In this document: positions 39,678 to 50,072 of the stretch, piece after piece
Numbering within the stretch: the stretch's first letter is position 1
How the letters are laid out: each line of letters starts with the position of its first letter
NCBI GenBank assembly: GCA_038243585.1
Contig: JBBSQY010000022.1
Span: 1 to 50,245, forward strand
DNA length: 50,245 bases
Direction: 5' to 3'
From: Candidatus Sumerlaeales bacterium
GTDB taxonomy: Bacteria; Sumerlaeota; Sumerlaeia; Sumerlaeales; Sumerlaeaceae
The notes under the pieces: generated by a model
What the model saw: the letters and a program-made list of their open reading frames with translations, nothing else
Database searches by the model: none
Told to the model about the DNA's origin: nothing
Translations under genes and position numbers: made by a program

Positions 39678-40712
39678 CTACTTCTTGATCAGGGTTTCCA
39701 GTTCGGCTACCTTTTTTACCAGCCGCGCCACTTCGGCCGCCAATTCCGGTAATCTCGCGTTGACAGCCATAATTCTAGACTCTTCTCGGAACGGACGGGC
39801 CGGCATTCCCAGGCGCTTTTCGCCGTCGGGGATATCTTTTGTCACACCCGCCTTGGCAAATACCAACACGTTGTTTCCGATTGTAATATTATCTACTACA
39901 CCAGATTGGCCGGCGAGTATTGTATTGTTACCAATAGATGTGGATCCCGCAATTCCCGCCTGGGCCACCAGCACACAGTTCTCCCCTACTCGCACGTTGT
40001 GGGCAATCTGCACCATATTATCAATTTTTGTATTTGGGCCTATTGACGTTTTGGTAAAACTGGCCCGGTCAATGCAGGCGTTGCTGCCCACTTCCACGTC
40101 GTCTGCCAGTTCCACATGGCCAACCTGCGGTATCTTGGTCCAACGGCCACGAAGCAGCTCATACTTAAATCCGTCGCCCCCTATAACCGCACCCGGCTGA
40201 ACTATCACGTTGTTCCCGAGCACCGTGCCAGCTTCCAGAACCGCGTTAGCGTATATGGTGCATCCCTCTCCAAGAACGCAGCCGGCACCCAATACAACGC
40301 CTGGCCCCAGATAAGCCCCAGCGGCAATCTGAACCTTTGGGCCAACGACCGCAAGCGGGCCGATATTGACATTATCCGCAATTTCTGCGGAGGAATTTAT
40401 TACGGCGGTGGAATGAATCCCCTCGTAGGTTTTACGGGCAAAATCAGGGAAAAAATGTTTAAGTGTGGTAACAACCGCAGACCACACGTCATTAACGGCA
40501 ATATGCGGAATACCCACAGGGGCCAAGGTCTCAGGCAATAATACACCACTGGCTTTTGAACTATCCAGCCGTGAGATAAATTTGCGATCCGTAACAAATG
40601 TAATGTCCCCTTCACAAGCTTCATCCAACGTCGAAATACCAGTAATTTCGAAGTCGTCGCCGGCTCCGGTCGATCGGCATCCTAGGAGCGCCGCAAGTTC
40701 AGAAAACTTCAT
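39678..40712 (-). CDS. lpxD: UDP-3-O-acylglucosamine N-acyltransferase
   Basis: Hexapeptide repeats, IGGDGF, KIPQVG, IDRA, TKIDNMVQIAHNV, GIAGS. Confidence 0.96.
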   Translation of the reverse strand: MKFSELAALLGCRSTGAGDDFEITGISTLDEACEGDITFVTDRKFISRLDSSKASGVLLPETLAPVGIPHIAVNDVWSAVVTTLKHFFPDFARKTYEGIHSTAVINSSAEIADNVNIGPLAVVGPKVQIAAGAYLGPGVVLGAGCVLGEGCTIYANAVLEAGTVLGNNVIVQPGAVIGGDGFKYELLRGRWTKIPQVGHVELADDVEVGSNACIDRASFTKTSIGPNTKIDNMVQIAHNVRVGENCVLVAQAGIAGSTSIGNNTILAGQSGVVDNITIGNNVLVFAKAGVTKDIPDGEKRLGMPARPFREESRIMAVNARLPELAAEVARLVKKVAELETLIKK

Positions 40713-40859
40713 GTGTATTCCTTTTTTTAGCGCGTTGAAATTTGAGTTGCAACGGTACTATTCGCTTAGGTACCGCTATAGCTGCAACTTTCGGCAGGTG
40801 AGTTAAGTATTAAAGATGGATTCCGATTGTGATCACTGATCAAGAAAGAACGTTGCATT

Positions 40860-42563
40860 TTGTCTGTTTCTGAGCCTCGGCCTCTAGATAAGGATCGAGC
40901 AAGCATCCTTATTGTAGATGACAACCCCAATAATCTTTTGGCGATGGAGGCATCGCTCGAGCGATTGGGCGAAGACATGGTTCGTGCCACCAGCGGGATA
41001 CGGGCTCTTGAGTTGATCCAGCAGCAGGAATTTGCCGTTATTTTGCTGGATGTCCAGATGCCAGTGATGGACGGCATTGAAACGGCGAAGCACATACGGA
41101 AAATCAATGCGTCTCGCCCTACGCCCGTCATTTTCGTAACGGCAGGCGAACTGACAGAAGAACTTGTGAGCAGCGCCTATGCAGGCGGAGCTGTCGACTT
41201 CCTGTTTAAACCGTACTCCCCTGAAATAGTAAGATCCAAAGTTCAGGTTTTCGTCGACCTTTTTAAGAATTCCCAGAAGCTTAAGCGCAGCGTGGAAGAG
41301 CTTGCACTGGCTGAAGAGGAAGTATGGCAGCTTAACCAGGTATTGGAAAAACGTGTGGAGGAGCGCACCAGGGAGCTGGCGTCGGCCCTGGAAGACGCCG
41401 AGGCGAGCGAGAAGCGCTATAGACAACTTGCGGAGTCTCTGCCTCAAATCGTCTGGACAGCGGAGCCTGACGGAGAAGCAAGTTTCTTCAACAGCCGATT
41501 TTTTGAGTACACGGGCCTGCACCGGGAATTGGACCTGGATAGGGAATGGACGGATGTCGTTCATCCGGATGATCGAGAGGCGCTTCTTCGAGAATGGAAG
41601 AAAGCCATCAGTTCGAAAATGCCATTTGAACTAGAGGTGCGCGTGCTCCGCGGCGAGGACGAGACCTGGCGCTACCACATGGCGCGGGCGGAGGCGCTCT
41701 ATCGCTCTGACGGAACCGTAGAAAAGTGGCTTGGGATTGCAACGGATATTGAGGAACGTCTCCAGGCGGAGGCAATTCTGAAAGCGACGAACCAGGCGCT
41801 GGAAGAGGCCCGCGATCGGGCGGTCGAGGCCAGCAACGCCAAAAGTCTTTTTCTGGCTAACATGAGCCATGAATTCAGGACACCCCTCAATGCGATTCTG
41901 GGTTACGCAGAAATGCTCCAGGAAGAACTAACTGACGGGTGTTCGGAGTTTAAGGACGACGCCGACAAGATAATCAGCGCCGGGCGTCATCTTCTCAGCC
42001 TGATAGACGATGTCCTCGACATGGCTAAAATTGAGGCAGGGAAAATGAAACTTTTCCTTGAAGCGGTGAGCCTTGCTCCGGTTATTGAAAGCGTTATCGT
42101 TTCTGTTCGGGGGCTTGCAGAGCAGCGGCGAAACTCTTTGTTTATAACAATGGAAACAGACCTGGGTAAGGCCAATATTGATGCGGTCAAGCTCCGTCAG
42201 ATTCTTATCAATCTTCTAAGTAACGCCTCTAAGTTCACGGATAATGGACAAATTCAGGTGGTTTGCGATCGTTCTGCACGGGAAGACGGGCGCGAATGGT
42301 TCAGCATCGCCATTAAGGATACGGGAATTGGGATTCCAGCCCAGGAAATCACCCGCCTTTTCAAGGAATTCAGCCAGGCGGATCCTTCACCGACTCGCCA
42401 CTATGGCGGCACCGGGCTCGGCCTTGCCCTGAGCCAGAGATTTGCCCACATGATGGGCGGAATGATCACCCTGGAAAGCGAAGAGGGTGTCGGAAGCACA
42501 TTTACTGTTCTATTGCCAGCGGATCTGAAAATGGATGCGATGTCGACGGAATTTCATGACTGA
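40860..42563 (+). CDS. Cytoplasmic hybrid histidine kinase (REC-PAS-HisKA-HATPase)
   Basis: ILIVDD...LLDVQMPVMDG (REC); VHPDD (PAS); FLANMSHEFRTPLN (H box); NLLSNASKFT, DTGIGI, GGTGLGL. Confidence 0.95.
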   Translation: MSVSEPRPLDKDRASILIVDDNPNNLLAMEASLERLGEDMVRATSGIRALELIQQQEFAVILLDVQMPVMDGIETAKHIRKINASRPTPVIFVTAGELTEELVSSAYAGGAVDFLFKPYSPEIVRSKVQVFVDLFKNSQKLKRSVEELALAEEEVWQLNQVLEKRVEERTRELASALEDAEASEKRYRQLAESLPQIVWTAEPDGEASFFNSRFFEYTGLHRELDLDREWTDVVHPDDREALLREWKKAISSKMPFELEVRVLRGEDETWRYHMARAEALYRSDGTVEKWLGIATDIEERLQAEAILKATNQALEEARDRAVEASNAKSLFLANMSHEFRTPLNAILGYAEMLQEELTDGCSEFKDDADKIISAGRHLLSLIDDVLDMAKIEAGKMKLFLEAVSLAPVIESVIVSVRGLAEQRRNSLFITMETDLGKANIDAVKLRQILINLLSNASKFTDNGQIQVVCDRSAREDGREWFSIAIKDTGIGIPAQEITRLFKEFSQADPSPTRHYGGTGLGLALSQRFAHMMGGMITLESEEGVGSTFTVLLPADLKMDAMSTEFHD

Positions 42564-42680
42564 ATTTTTTATGCCGCCTTGTGCAATTTTACTGTCCCGG
42601 TCATCTTTAACTTAACCTTCATCTGCCCGCCCTTTTCCGGGATTGGGAAATACCAATGCCGAACACAGGACGTTTAAAAC

Positions 42681-44117
42681 TTGGACGCAGATTTAGTAGA
42701 TTCGGAATTCCTTCAGGCTGAAATGCCCGGCGAAGAGTGCGGCGTAGTAGCGGTTTACAACGCGACTGAAGCTTCTAAACTTGCATACCTTGGGCTTTAT
42801 GCGCTTCAGCATCGGGGCCAGGAAAGCGCTGGCATTGTTAGTACGGATGGGGTCCAGCTTTATACGGGAAAAGGTTATGGACTGGTCAATGATGTTTTCA
42901 CCCCCAAGGTAATTGAAAGCCTGCCCGGGGCCAGTGCTATTGGGCATGTGCGCTATTCCACTACTGGTTCATCAAACGCGGGAAACTCTCAGCCTATTGT
43001 GGCGAAATTTCATGGCGGAACCATGGCCGTTGCTCATAACGGCAACTTGACAAACGCCGATGAGCTGCGGGAAGAATTGGAAAAAAAAGGCGCGATATTC
43101 CAGGGCACGACCGATACTGAGGTCCTTATACACCTGGTGGCCAATATGGGCAGCGACGATTTTGAACACGCTCTGATTGAGTCCCTCGCAAAGCTAAAAG
43201 GTTCTTATTCCATGGTGATCGCACGGGAAAATAAACTGTATGCCGTGCGAGACCCTCGCGGTTTTCGTCCGCTCTGCTTTGGAAAACTTGGCGATGGGTA
43301 TGTTGTTGCGAGCGAAAGCTGCGCGTTTGACATTATGAATGCTCAGTATCTGCGCGAGATGGCCCCCGGCGAAATGATTACTTTCGCTAATGGAGTGGCG
43401 AAATCCACCCACCCGTTTCCAAAAGAACCTTCGTCCTTTTGCGTTTTCGAGTATATTTATTTCTCCAGGCCAGACAGCATGGCACAATCTGGCCGCTCCG
43501 TCAGCGAACTGCGGAATAAGCTAGGCGAACAACTGGCCATAGAGCATCCAGCCAAAGCCCATGTCGTAGTCGCCGTGCCAGACAGCAGCGTTCCCGCAGC
43601 CATTGGCTATGCCCGCAAGTCCGGCATTCCCTATGATATTGGACTTGTCCGAAGCCACTACGTTGGACGCACGTTTATCGAACCAAACCAGGCCATCCGC
43701 GATTTTGGCGCCCGCATTAAATACAATCCCGTGCGCAGCGTGCTCCAAGGCAAGAGCGTGGTCGTGGTGGATGACTCCATTGTTCGCGGTACCACCAGCC
43801 GAAAAATTGTCAGCATGATCCGCGAAGCAGGGGCCAAAGAAATCCATTTCCGTGTGACAGCCCCCCCATGGAAAAACCCGTGTTATTTCGGGATTGATAC
43901 CCCGGAACCTTCAAAACTGCTGGCGGTAGAGCACCCCGATATTGATGATATGTGCCAGTTTATCGGCGCTGACTCCCTGGGCTTTATCAGTCCTGAGGGG
44001 CTTTATAAAGTAATGCCCAAGAGCGTCAGCTACTGCAACGCCTGTTTTACAGGAGAGTATCCGGAAGGCCAGAAACCTGTCCGACAGTTCAGTAAGGAAA
44101 TGCTGGAAACCCGCTAA
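42681..44117 (+). CDS. purF: Amidophosphoribosyltransferase (Fe-S type, with propeptide)
   Basis: EE|CGVV, LQHRGQESAG, GHVRYST, HNGNL, CVFEYIYF, VVVDDSIVRGTT, YCNACF. An alternative ATG start lies at 42723. Confidence 0.97.
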   Translation: MDADLVDSEFLQAEMPGEECGVVAVYNATEASKLAYLGLYALQHRGQESAGIVSTDGVQLYTGKGYGLVNDVFTPKVIESLPGASAIGHVRYSTTGSSNAGNSQPIVAKFHGGTMAVAHNGNLTNADELREELEKKGAIFQGTTDTEVLIHLVANMGSDDFEHALIESLAKLKGSYSMVIARENKLYAVRDPRGFRPLCFGKLGDGYVVASESCAFDIMNAQYLREMAPGEMITFANGVAKSTHPFPKEPSSFCVFEYIYFSRPDSMAQSGRSVSELRNKLGEQLAIEHPAKAHVVVAVPDSSVPAAIGYARKSGIPYDIGLVRSHYVGRTFIEPNQAIRDFGARIKYNPVRSVLQGKSVVVVDDSIVRGTTSRKIVSMIREAGAKEIHFRVTAPPWKNPCYFGIDTPEPSKLLAVEHPDIDDMCQFIGADSLGFISPEGLYKVMPKSVSYCNACFTGEYPEGQKPVRQFSKEMLETR

Positions 44118-44189
44118 ACTTGCAGAAACTTTGACGGTTATTATTCCTGTATTTGCCGCCGCACACGGGTGAGCAAATTGTGTTTTAAT

Positions 44190-44771
44190 CTACGAAATAT
44201 GAACCGGGTATTTCTCTGTAGCCAAACCCAGGTCCTTTTGCGTTGCAACTTTAATGCGGTTAAGTTCTCCCGCGACAAACGCCCGCGACATCCTGGATAG
44301 ATGATCGACAAATAGCACTCCGTCCAAATGATCCAGTTCATGCTGTATCACCCGCGCCAACAGTTTATCAGCGTCTACTTCGAAGGGCTCAAAATTTTCA
44401 TCCCGGGCATGCAGCCGAATTTTCACAGGCCGAAAGATGTCTCGCTGGACCGCCGGGATGCTGAGGCAACCTTCTTCAAAAGCCTCATCTTCTTCTGATT
44501 CCCAGGTAATCTCGGGATTAATAAAAACCTGAAGCCGTCTTGATTCTAGTTCCCGGTCTATGTCATCCGAACGTTCCTGGTCTACATCCAGTACAAAAAT
44601 CCGCTCCATTACTCCCACCTGCGTACCGGCCAGGCCGATGCCGTTTGCCGCATACATGGTTTCCGCCATAGCGTCAAACAGCTCCCGTTCACGCGTTCCG
44701 ACTCTCTTGACGTCGAGAGCTTTTTCATGAAGCAGGGGGTGACCATACTGCAAGATTTTCAACAGTGACAT
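44190..44771 (-). CDS. def: Peptide deformylase
   Basis: GIGLAGTQ, EGCLS, QHELDHLDG. Confidence 0.97.
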   Translation of the reverse strand: MSLLKILQYGHPLLHEKALDVKRVGTRERELFDAMAETMYAANGIGLAGTQVGVMERIFVLDVDQERSDDIDRELESRRLQVFINPEITWESEEDEAFEEGCLSIPAVQRDIFRPVKIRLHARDENFEPFEVDADKLLARVIQHELDHLDGVLFVDHLSRMSRAFVAGELNRIKVATQKDLGLATEKYPVHIS

Positions 44772-44990
44772 TATCTAATTTTCCTTCTTAAGCATCTCCG
44801 ACAGACCGGTTTAAGAATGCATGTTGTGGCGAAGCCACTGAAATCAATAAGATCAGGACTTTTGCCCCGGTTCTTATTTTACTTTTCTTTTTTCTACTTT
44901 TTCTTGTTACTTTGTGTCGTACTTTGCTTCAAAACTTCCACACACTGAAAAAAAACACAGAAGTTGGCCACAACAACTGCAAGTACCGTA

Positions 44991-46262
44991 TCACTTTCCC
45001 GCAATGATTTCACCCATAACATGTTTCAGCGTCTCAGGAACGGCAATCGATCCGTCATCCTGCTGAAACTGCTCGAGAATTGCAATAACCGTACGTGGCA
45101 GCGCCAATGCGCTTCCGTTTAACGTGTGCACGAACTCCGGCTTTGCCTTTGCGTCGCGCCTAAATCTTATCCCCGCGCGACGTGCCTGATAATCTGTAAA
45201 ATTAGAGCAGGAGGAAACCTCCAGATACATATCCATACCTGGTGCCCATACCTCCAGGTCATACTGTTTGCAGTTCGAAAAACCTAAGTCACCGCTGCAA
45301 ATCTCCAGCACCCGGTAATGCAGACCTAATTCCTGAAGTACTGCTTCTGCATCCGCCAGTAGCGATTCCAATTCTTCAAAGCTGGTTTCCGGTTTTACCA
45401 TCTTCACAAGTTCAACTTTGTCGAACTGATGAATGCGTGTGATGCCGCGCCCTTCGCGGCCGTAGCTGCCCGCCTCCCTACGAAAGCATGGGGTATAAGC
45501 GGCCATGCGCACTGGCAACTCATCAACGCTCAGGATTTCTTCCCGGCGCATATTTGTCACAGGAACTTCCGCCGTCGGAATAAGGTAAAGATCTTCTCCG
45601 GCAATACGATAGGCGTCATCCTCAAACTTGGGCAGTTGGCCTGTTCCCGTCATGCTATCACTATTAACCAGGTACGGAGGTCTCACTTCAAGGTACCCGT
45701 GTCGGTCCACATGAAAGTTCATCATCATATCGATGAGGGCACGTTGGAGCCTGGCTCCTTTACCTTTGTATATGATAAATCCCGACCCTGAAATCTTGGC
45801 GCCCTGGTTCATATCGATAATTCCCAGTTGTTCTCCGAGTTCCCAGTGCGGTCGCGGTGCAAAGGCAAATTCCGGTTTTACGCCCCAATGGCGAACAACA
45901 CGATTTTCTGTCTCGTCCCGACCAACCGGCACACTTTCATGGGGAAGGTTTGGAATGGCTAGCAGATGGTTGCTTATTTCCTCATCAAGAACAGTGATTT
46001 GCCTGTCGAGAGTCTGGATGTTTTCGCCGATGATGCGCACGTTGTTTTTAACCGGTTCGGCATCTTCTCCAGCTCGAATTGCTTTCTCTACGAGGGAGGA
46101 TAAATCTTTGCGCTGCTTTTTCAACTCCTCCGTTTGCGTCACCAATTCGCGACGACGCTTATCCGCATTCAGAAGAACGTCAACGTCTACAGTAACGTTC
46201 TTTCTGGCTGCTCCTTCAACTACAACAGAGGGGTTTTCGCGCACCCACTTTAAATCCAGCAT
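44991..46262 (-). CDS. serS: Serine--tRNA ligase
   Basis: [42 protein letters not shown]. Confidence 0.98.
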   Translation of the reverse strand: MLDLKWVRENPSVVVEGAARKNVTVDVDVLLNADKRRRELVTQTEELKKQRKDLSSLVEKAIRAGEDAEPVKNNVRIIGENIQTLDRQITVLDEEISNHLLAIPNLPHESVPVGRDETENRVVRHWGVKPEFAFAPRPHWELGEQLGIIDMNQGAKISGSGFIIYKGKGARLQRALIDMMMNFHVDRHGYLEVRPPYLVNSDSMTGTGQLPKFEDDAYRIAGEDLYLIPTAEVPVTNMRREEILSVDELPVRMAAYTPCFRREAGSYGREGRGITRIHQFDKVELVKMVKPETSFEELESLLADAEAVLQELGLHYRVLEICSGDLGFSNCKQYDLEVWAPGMDMYLEVSSCSNFTDYQARRAGIRFRRDAKAKPEFVHTLNGSALALPRTVIAILEQFQQDDGSIAVPETLKHVMGEIIAGK

Positions 46263-46408
46263 TTGGTAATTATCCAGGGGAATAGTACAGGTTTACGACG
46301 CCGAATGAACGGGCCGCCGATGAAATGACAACGCGCGTGCGGCAAATTTATTTGAAGAATTACCGGCCTCTGATGACGTAATCTTTAGTAAGTGTCGAGG
46401 TTTGATAA

Positions 46409-46429
46409 TGTGGCACTTGTCTTGCCACA
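46409..46429 (+). promoter_or_regulatory. Candidate sigma54 promoter upstream of hpf, embedded in a palindrome
   Basis: TGGCACTTGTCTTGC (GG-N10-GC) inside TGTGGCA-N7-TGCCACA. Confidence 0.6.
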
Positions 46430-46515
46430 CATCCAGGCATCAGTAACTTCATAAACTACAGTCTCTGCCGGTCGCTATAATAACTGGAGGCTTCGGCAGA
46501 CAGGAGGCAACATAT

Positions 46516-47133
46516 ATGGCTGTTACAATTCACGGGCACCGGGTAAAGATTTCCAAAACGCTATACGAGTACATCGAAAGCAAAATACCGCGAATCGAAA
46601 AATACACCGACCAGATGCAATCTCTGGATATTGTCCTCGAAAAGGACGGTCCCCTATACCTGGCGGAACTTCGACTGAAAGCAGGCCCGCTGGAAGTGAC
46701 GACTAAGCACAAGGACGCCGACCCTGCACGAGCCGTCGACCTGCTTATCGACAAGACCGAACGAGCGATTAAAAAACAGCACGACAAGATTATCGGTAAG
46801 AAAAAGCATCTTACTGACGCCAACCGCGCGGCGAAGAAAGCTAACCTTTCGCCGGATGCGGATCCGCTCCCACTAATTGAACCAGTTGGTCCGACTCTCG
46901 GCAACGGGTACGATAAGGCCGAAATTCGGGATATGCCGGACCTTCACGAAAAGCTGAACATCAAAATCTTTCGCTCTCCAAAAGCCATAGGCGACAGCAT
47001 GACGGTGCAGGAGGCCGCAGAGGAACTCTATTTCAAAGATGAAAATTTCCTCTGTTTTACCAATGCGGAAACCGATGGAGTGAGCATTCTTTATCGACGG
47101 AAAGACGGTAACTTCGCACTGATGCACGCCTAG
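46516..47133 (+). CDS. hpf: Ribosome hibernation promoting factor, long form (sigma54 modulation/S30EA)
   Basis: ITIHGHRVKIS...YIESKIPRIEKY N-domain; AVDLLIDKTER; C-terminal MTVQEAAEEL...FLCFTN...ILYRRKDGNF; AGGAGG RBS. Confidence 0.9.
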   Translation: MAVTIHGHRVKISKTLYEYIESKIPRIEKYTDQMQSLDIVLEKDGPLYLAELRLKAGPLEVTTKHKDADPARAVDLLIDKTERAIKKQHDKIIGKKKHLTDANRAAKKANLSPDADPLPLIEPVGPTLGNGYDKAEIRDMPDLHEKLNIKIFRSPKAIGDSMTVQEAAEELYFKDENFLCFTNAETDGVSILYRRKDGNFALMHA

Positions 47134-47209
47134 TCGGCGCATTTTGAACGCAGCAGGATGGGTCTTACCCACTTTCTTCGCATATGCCCGTAGGGCCCAT
47201 TCTGCCGTT

Positions 47210-49333
47210 TTAGTTTGTTTCTGAAGGAACCCCGTAACCGTCTTTATCCTCCGGCATTTGATCACCCGGAGCTAGTAGCCTTCCCCAATCAGCAGTGGGC
47301 AGATCCGCCGCCTGTCTGCGGGATTTTGCTCGTCGGCTCTCCATCCGCGCTGGTGGCTCTTTTTCGCCACGCAGTCTCAGAGCAGGTTGCTCCTTTGCAT
47401 TCGCGCCGGGATCATCTTCAGGTCCACCGTATTGACGTGGCAGTTCCCGCGAGGGTGGGACGTGTCTGACTTCTTTTCGAACCAGCTCAAGCCTCGACAG
47501 CCGCCCACCTGCTGTCCGCTTGTGAGTTCGAGGTTCGAATGTGGTCCCGTACATGGTAGGCCGATCTGGATCGGCCTCAGTTACGTATTGCTGACTTTTC
47601 ACTGGGCGGTCCATGATCGACGGCAATGTTTTGCTTTGCGATACACATGGCAATGGCTTCCAATAGGCCTGCACAGAATCGCCAGCAGGAAGAGGAACCA
47701 TTTCTGCCCGCTTTCGTTGACTCAGCCCCAGACTGACAGTTTCGCCTCCCACATTGTAATGAAAGGTCCGCGGCGCACTTTTGGGGAAATCCAATTGCTC
47801 CTTGAACGCGTTACGGCCCCTCACAGTGCCTGCATCCCGTTTGCCCGCTGGGCCTGTTGTCGACGCATCTACTGTCTCTAAATTTACCTGCTGCGCAGAA
47901 GTGCCGGTTTCCCGCCTGCTCCCCTTTTGTATTGGATAATCCGGTTCCGAATCCGTCTCATTTCCGGTTATTGCAGCACGAAGTTGCTCCGCTTCTATAC
48001 GATCCCGCATCAGGATGTTGCTGCCCTCTTCAAACCGGTCCAGATACTTCCGCGCATCCGAAATGCGTTCTGGAGCGAGTTTGGCAACGTATTCCGCCGC
48101 TTTCAACCAGGCGACCCAGTTTTCTTCCGGTACCGGATTTCTGCGCAGTAGATTTTCGTAGGCGTGCATTGCCTCGGGTTCACAGCCTTTAAAATGCAGC
48201 AACCGGGCAAGCGCCATCTGCTCGTGCGGAGCAAGAACAAGATCAGGAAACTTTGGAATGACAGTGTCCCGGTAAAACGACGCGGCGCGCTTGGCGTCGC
48301 CTACGAACACTCGCTGTCCGAGGAAAATACGAGCGCCTTCGATCGTCTTGCGTCCGTTTGCTTCCAATTGATCGACAGATGTACGTCCGGTGCCGCGCTT
48401 GGCTGGTTCTCGGTTCTTCGTTTCATCATCCCACTTCTGATTCCAACCCCAAACGCCATTAAACAGAAGTCCCATCGCGCCTCCGACAACAAACCCGCAG
48501 CCAATGCGGCAGAAGCTGTTGCCAACCACCTGACCCGCCACGGGCTCGATTAACACCACGTCCTGAGCCAGTTTATATAATATAACAACGGCCACTGGTA
48601 CTGAAAATCTGATATGCTCTGGTTGGACCAGAAGGAATAGCCCGAGCATTCCAAGCATGATGACCATTTCCGTAAGTGCAAGCCCAGCATAGCGGGTAAC
48701 CATTGTAACCGGCAGCAATATGGCGAAAATAAATGCCCAGTACTTGAGATCGTAGCAGAACGCGCCGTAGCACTTCGCCCTCGGAAAACAAACCAGGAAT
48801 GCGCCCAAAACCGCATATACAACCCCGCTGAAACCGCCGACATAGGTAGTCGGCGCCCCAGAGAGCAATGGAAACCAGCCATCAAACCCAGCGGGAATCA
48901 AAAGTCCTGCCGCTACGACCGCCGTCAGCCTTCCGGAACCAAGTATGCGCTCGAGTACCACGCCGAAAAGCACGAAAAACCAAGCGTTGAACATCAGGTG
49001 CAGCCACCCATAATGAAGCAGGCTGCTGGTTATGACCCGATACCAGCCTGAAGGTGAAGTTTCGCGAAGGCCCCCGGGAATGAAAGTCATCCTGGACAGG
49101 AATTCCCGCGATCCAATATCAGCGGCTTCGGCGGCCTGGAGTGCTGCTGGTCCCGAAGCCATCGTCTTGTCGCCGTAGAATAGGTTAGCCTGGGCATACA
49201 AATTGAAGAGCACCAGAAGTCCAAGGAAAGAGTAGACAGCCGGATATCTTCGCTCCGTCGGCACATTCGTGCCCCAAAACAGCGTCATTACAAACAAGGC
49301 GGCTGTCACCCATGTGAGTATCAGCGAATCCAC
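47210..49333 (-). CDS. Rhomboid-family membrane protein with a helical/TPR-like and disordered C-terminal region; probably catalytically inactive
   Basis: WYRVITSSLLHYGWLHLMFN, LERILG, GGFSG; no His in the TM6-equivalent segment. Confidence 0.8.
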   Translation of the reverse strand: MDSLILTWVTAALFVMTLFWGTNVPTERRYPAVYSFLGLLVLFNLYAQANLFYGDKTMASGPAALQAAEAADIGSREFLSRMTFIPGGLRETSPSGWYRVITSSLLHYGWLHLMFNAWFFVLFGVVLERILGSGRLTAVVAAGLLIPAGFDGWFPLLSGAPTTYVGGFSGVVYAVLGAFLVCFPRAKCYGAFCYDLKYWAFIFAILLPVTMVTRYAGLALTEMVIMLGMLGLFLLVQPEHIRFSVPVAVVILYKLAQDVVLIEPVAGQVVGNSFCRIGCGFVVGGAMGLLFNGVWGWNQKWDDETKNREPAKRGTGRTSVDQLEANGRKTIEGARIFLGQRVFVGDAKRAASFYRDTVIPKFPDLVLAPHEQMALARLLHFKGCEPEAMHAYENLLRRNPVPEENWVAWLKAAEYVAKLAPERISDARKYLDRFEEGSNILMRDRIEAEQLRAAITGNETDSEPDYPIQKGSRRETGTSAQQVNLETVDASTTGPAGKRDAGTVRGRNAFKEQLDFPKSAPRTFHYNVGGETVSLGLSQRKRAEMVPLPAGDSVQAYWKPLPCVSQSKTLPSIMDRPVKSQQYVTEADPDRPTMYGTTFEPRTHKRTAGGRLSRLELVRKEVRHVPPSRELPRQYGGPEDDPGANAKEQPALRLRGEKEPPARMESRRAKSRRQAADLPTADWGRLLAPGDQMPEDKDGYGVPSETN

Positions 49334-49431
49334 AGAGTTTTTTCGTCCGTTCTCTATCTTGTGCGTAACTAATTAGATTGGATTTAAAGACAAAAAGATA
49401 AAACAACCGCGAGAAAGCAACCAAAGATTCT

Positions 49432-49446
49432 TGGCTTACATTTTGC
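49432..49446 (+). promoter_or_regulatory. Candidate sigma54 promoter upstream of the ferritin-like gene
   Basis: TGGCTTACATTTTGC (GG-N10-GC), 40 nt upstream of an ATG that has an AGGAG RBS. Confidence 0.45.
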
Positions 49447-49485
49447 CTATTCACATGATTACAAGTTAACAATAGGAGATTATCG

Positions 49486-49917
49486 ATGAGCGGCACGCCA
49501 GTTACGAAACAAGAATTAATTGATGGCTTAAACGAAGATCTCGCACGGGAATACAAAGCGATCATTCAATATGTGGTTTACAGCCAAGTGATAAAAGGCG
49601 CAGCATATATGAAAATAGCTTCAGAGCTGGAGCTTCATGCTGCGGAAGAACTTAACCATGCAATCCGTATAGCACGGCAGATTGATTACCTAAAGGGCAA
49701 ACCCACTATGACGCCGCAGGTAGCACAGTTTTCTGAGGACGCGAAAACAATGCTGCAGTACGATCTGGACGCGGAAAACGAGACAATCGCAAATTATCGC
49801 ATCCGGATTAGACAGGCTGAAGAGCTGGGCGAATATGCACTTAGCGAAGAGCTCAGAGAGATTATTCGACAGGAACAGGATCACAAAATTGAACTTGAGG
49901 GTGCATTAGGCCTCTAA
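49486..49917 (+). CDS. Bacterioferritin-like (ferritin superfamily) protein
   Basis: LNEDLAREYKAIIQY, HAAEELNHA, DLDAE...IANY, EQDH di-iron ligands. Confidence 0.9.
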   Translation: MSGTPVTKQELIDGLNEDLAREYKAIIQYVVYSQVIKGAAYMKIASELELHAAEELNHAIRIARQIDYLKGKPTMTPQVAQFSEDAKTMLQYDLDAENETIANYRIRIRQAEELGEYALSEELREIIRQEQDHKIELEGALGL

Positions 49918-49927
49918 CCCAGAGAGT

Positions 49928-49952
49928 GGCTGAAGCCTTATCGGCTTCAGCC
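49928..49952 (+). terminator. Hairpin after the ferritin-like gene
   Basis: GGCTGAAGCC-ttatc-GGCTTCAGCC with only a weak U tract. Confidence 0.5.
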
Positions 49953-50072
49953 GCACTTTGCGGCCCGAAAAAACCAGCCGCCTCCGCCTTGAAATTATTC
50001 AATACATGAAATATTAATTTCCGAAAACTTTGCGATCATGAATAGATTCAAGGAACACCTGTTCTATAATCC

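Noticed and set aside
44810..44830. NrdR-box-like ATGTTGTGG
   Set aside because: Half-site only, and no ribonucleotide reductase gene is nearby.
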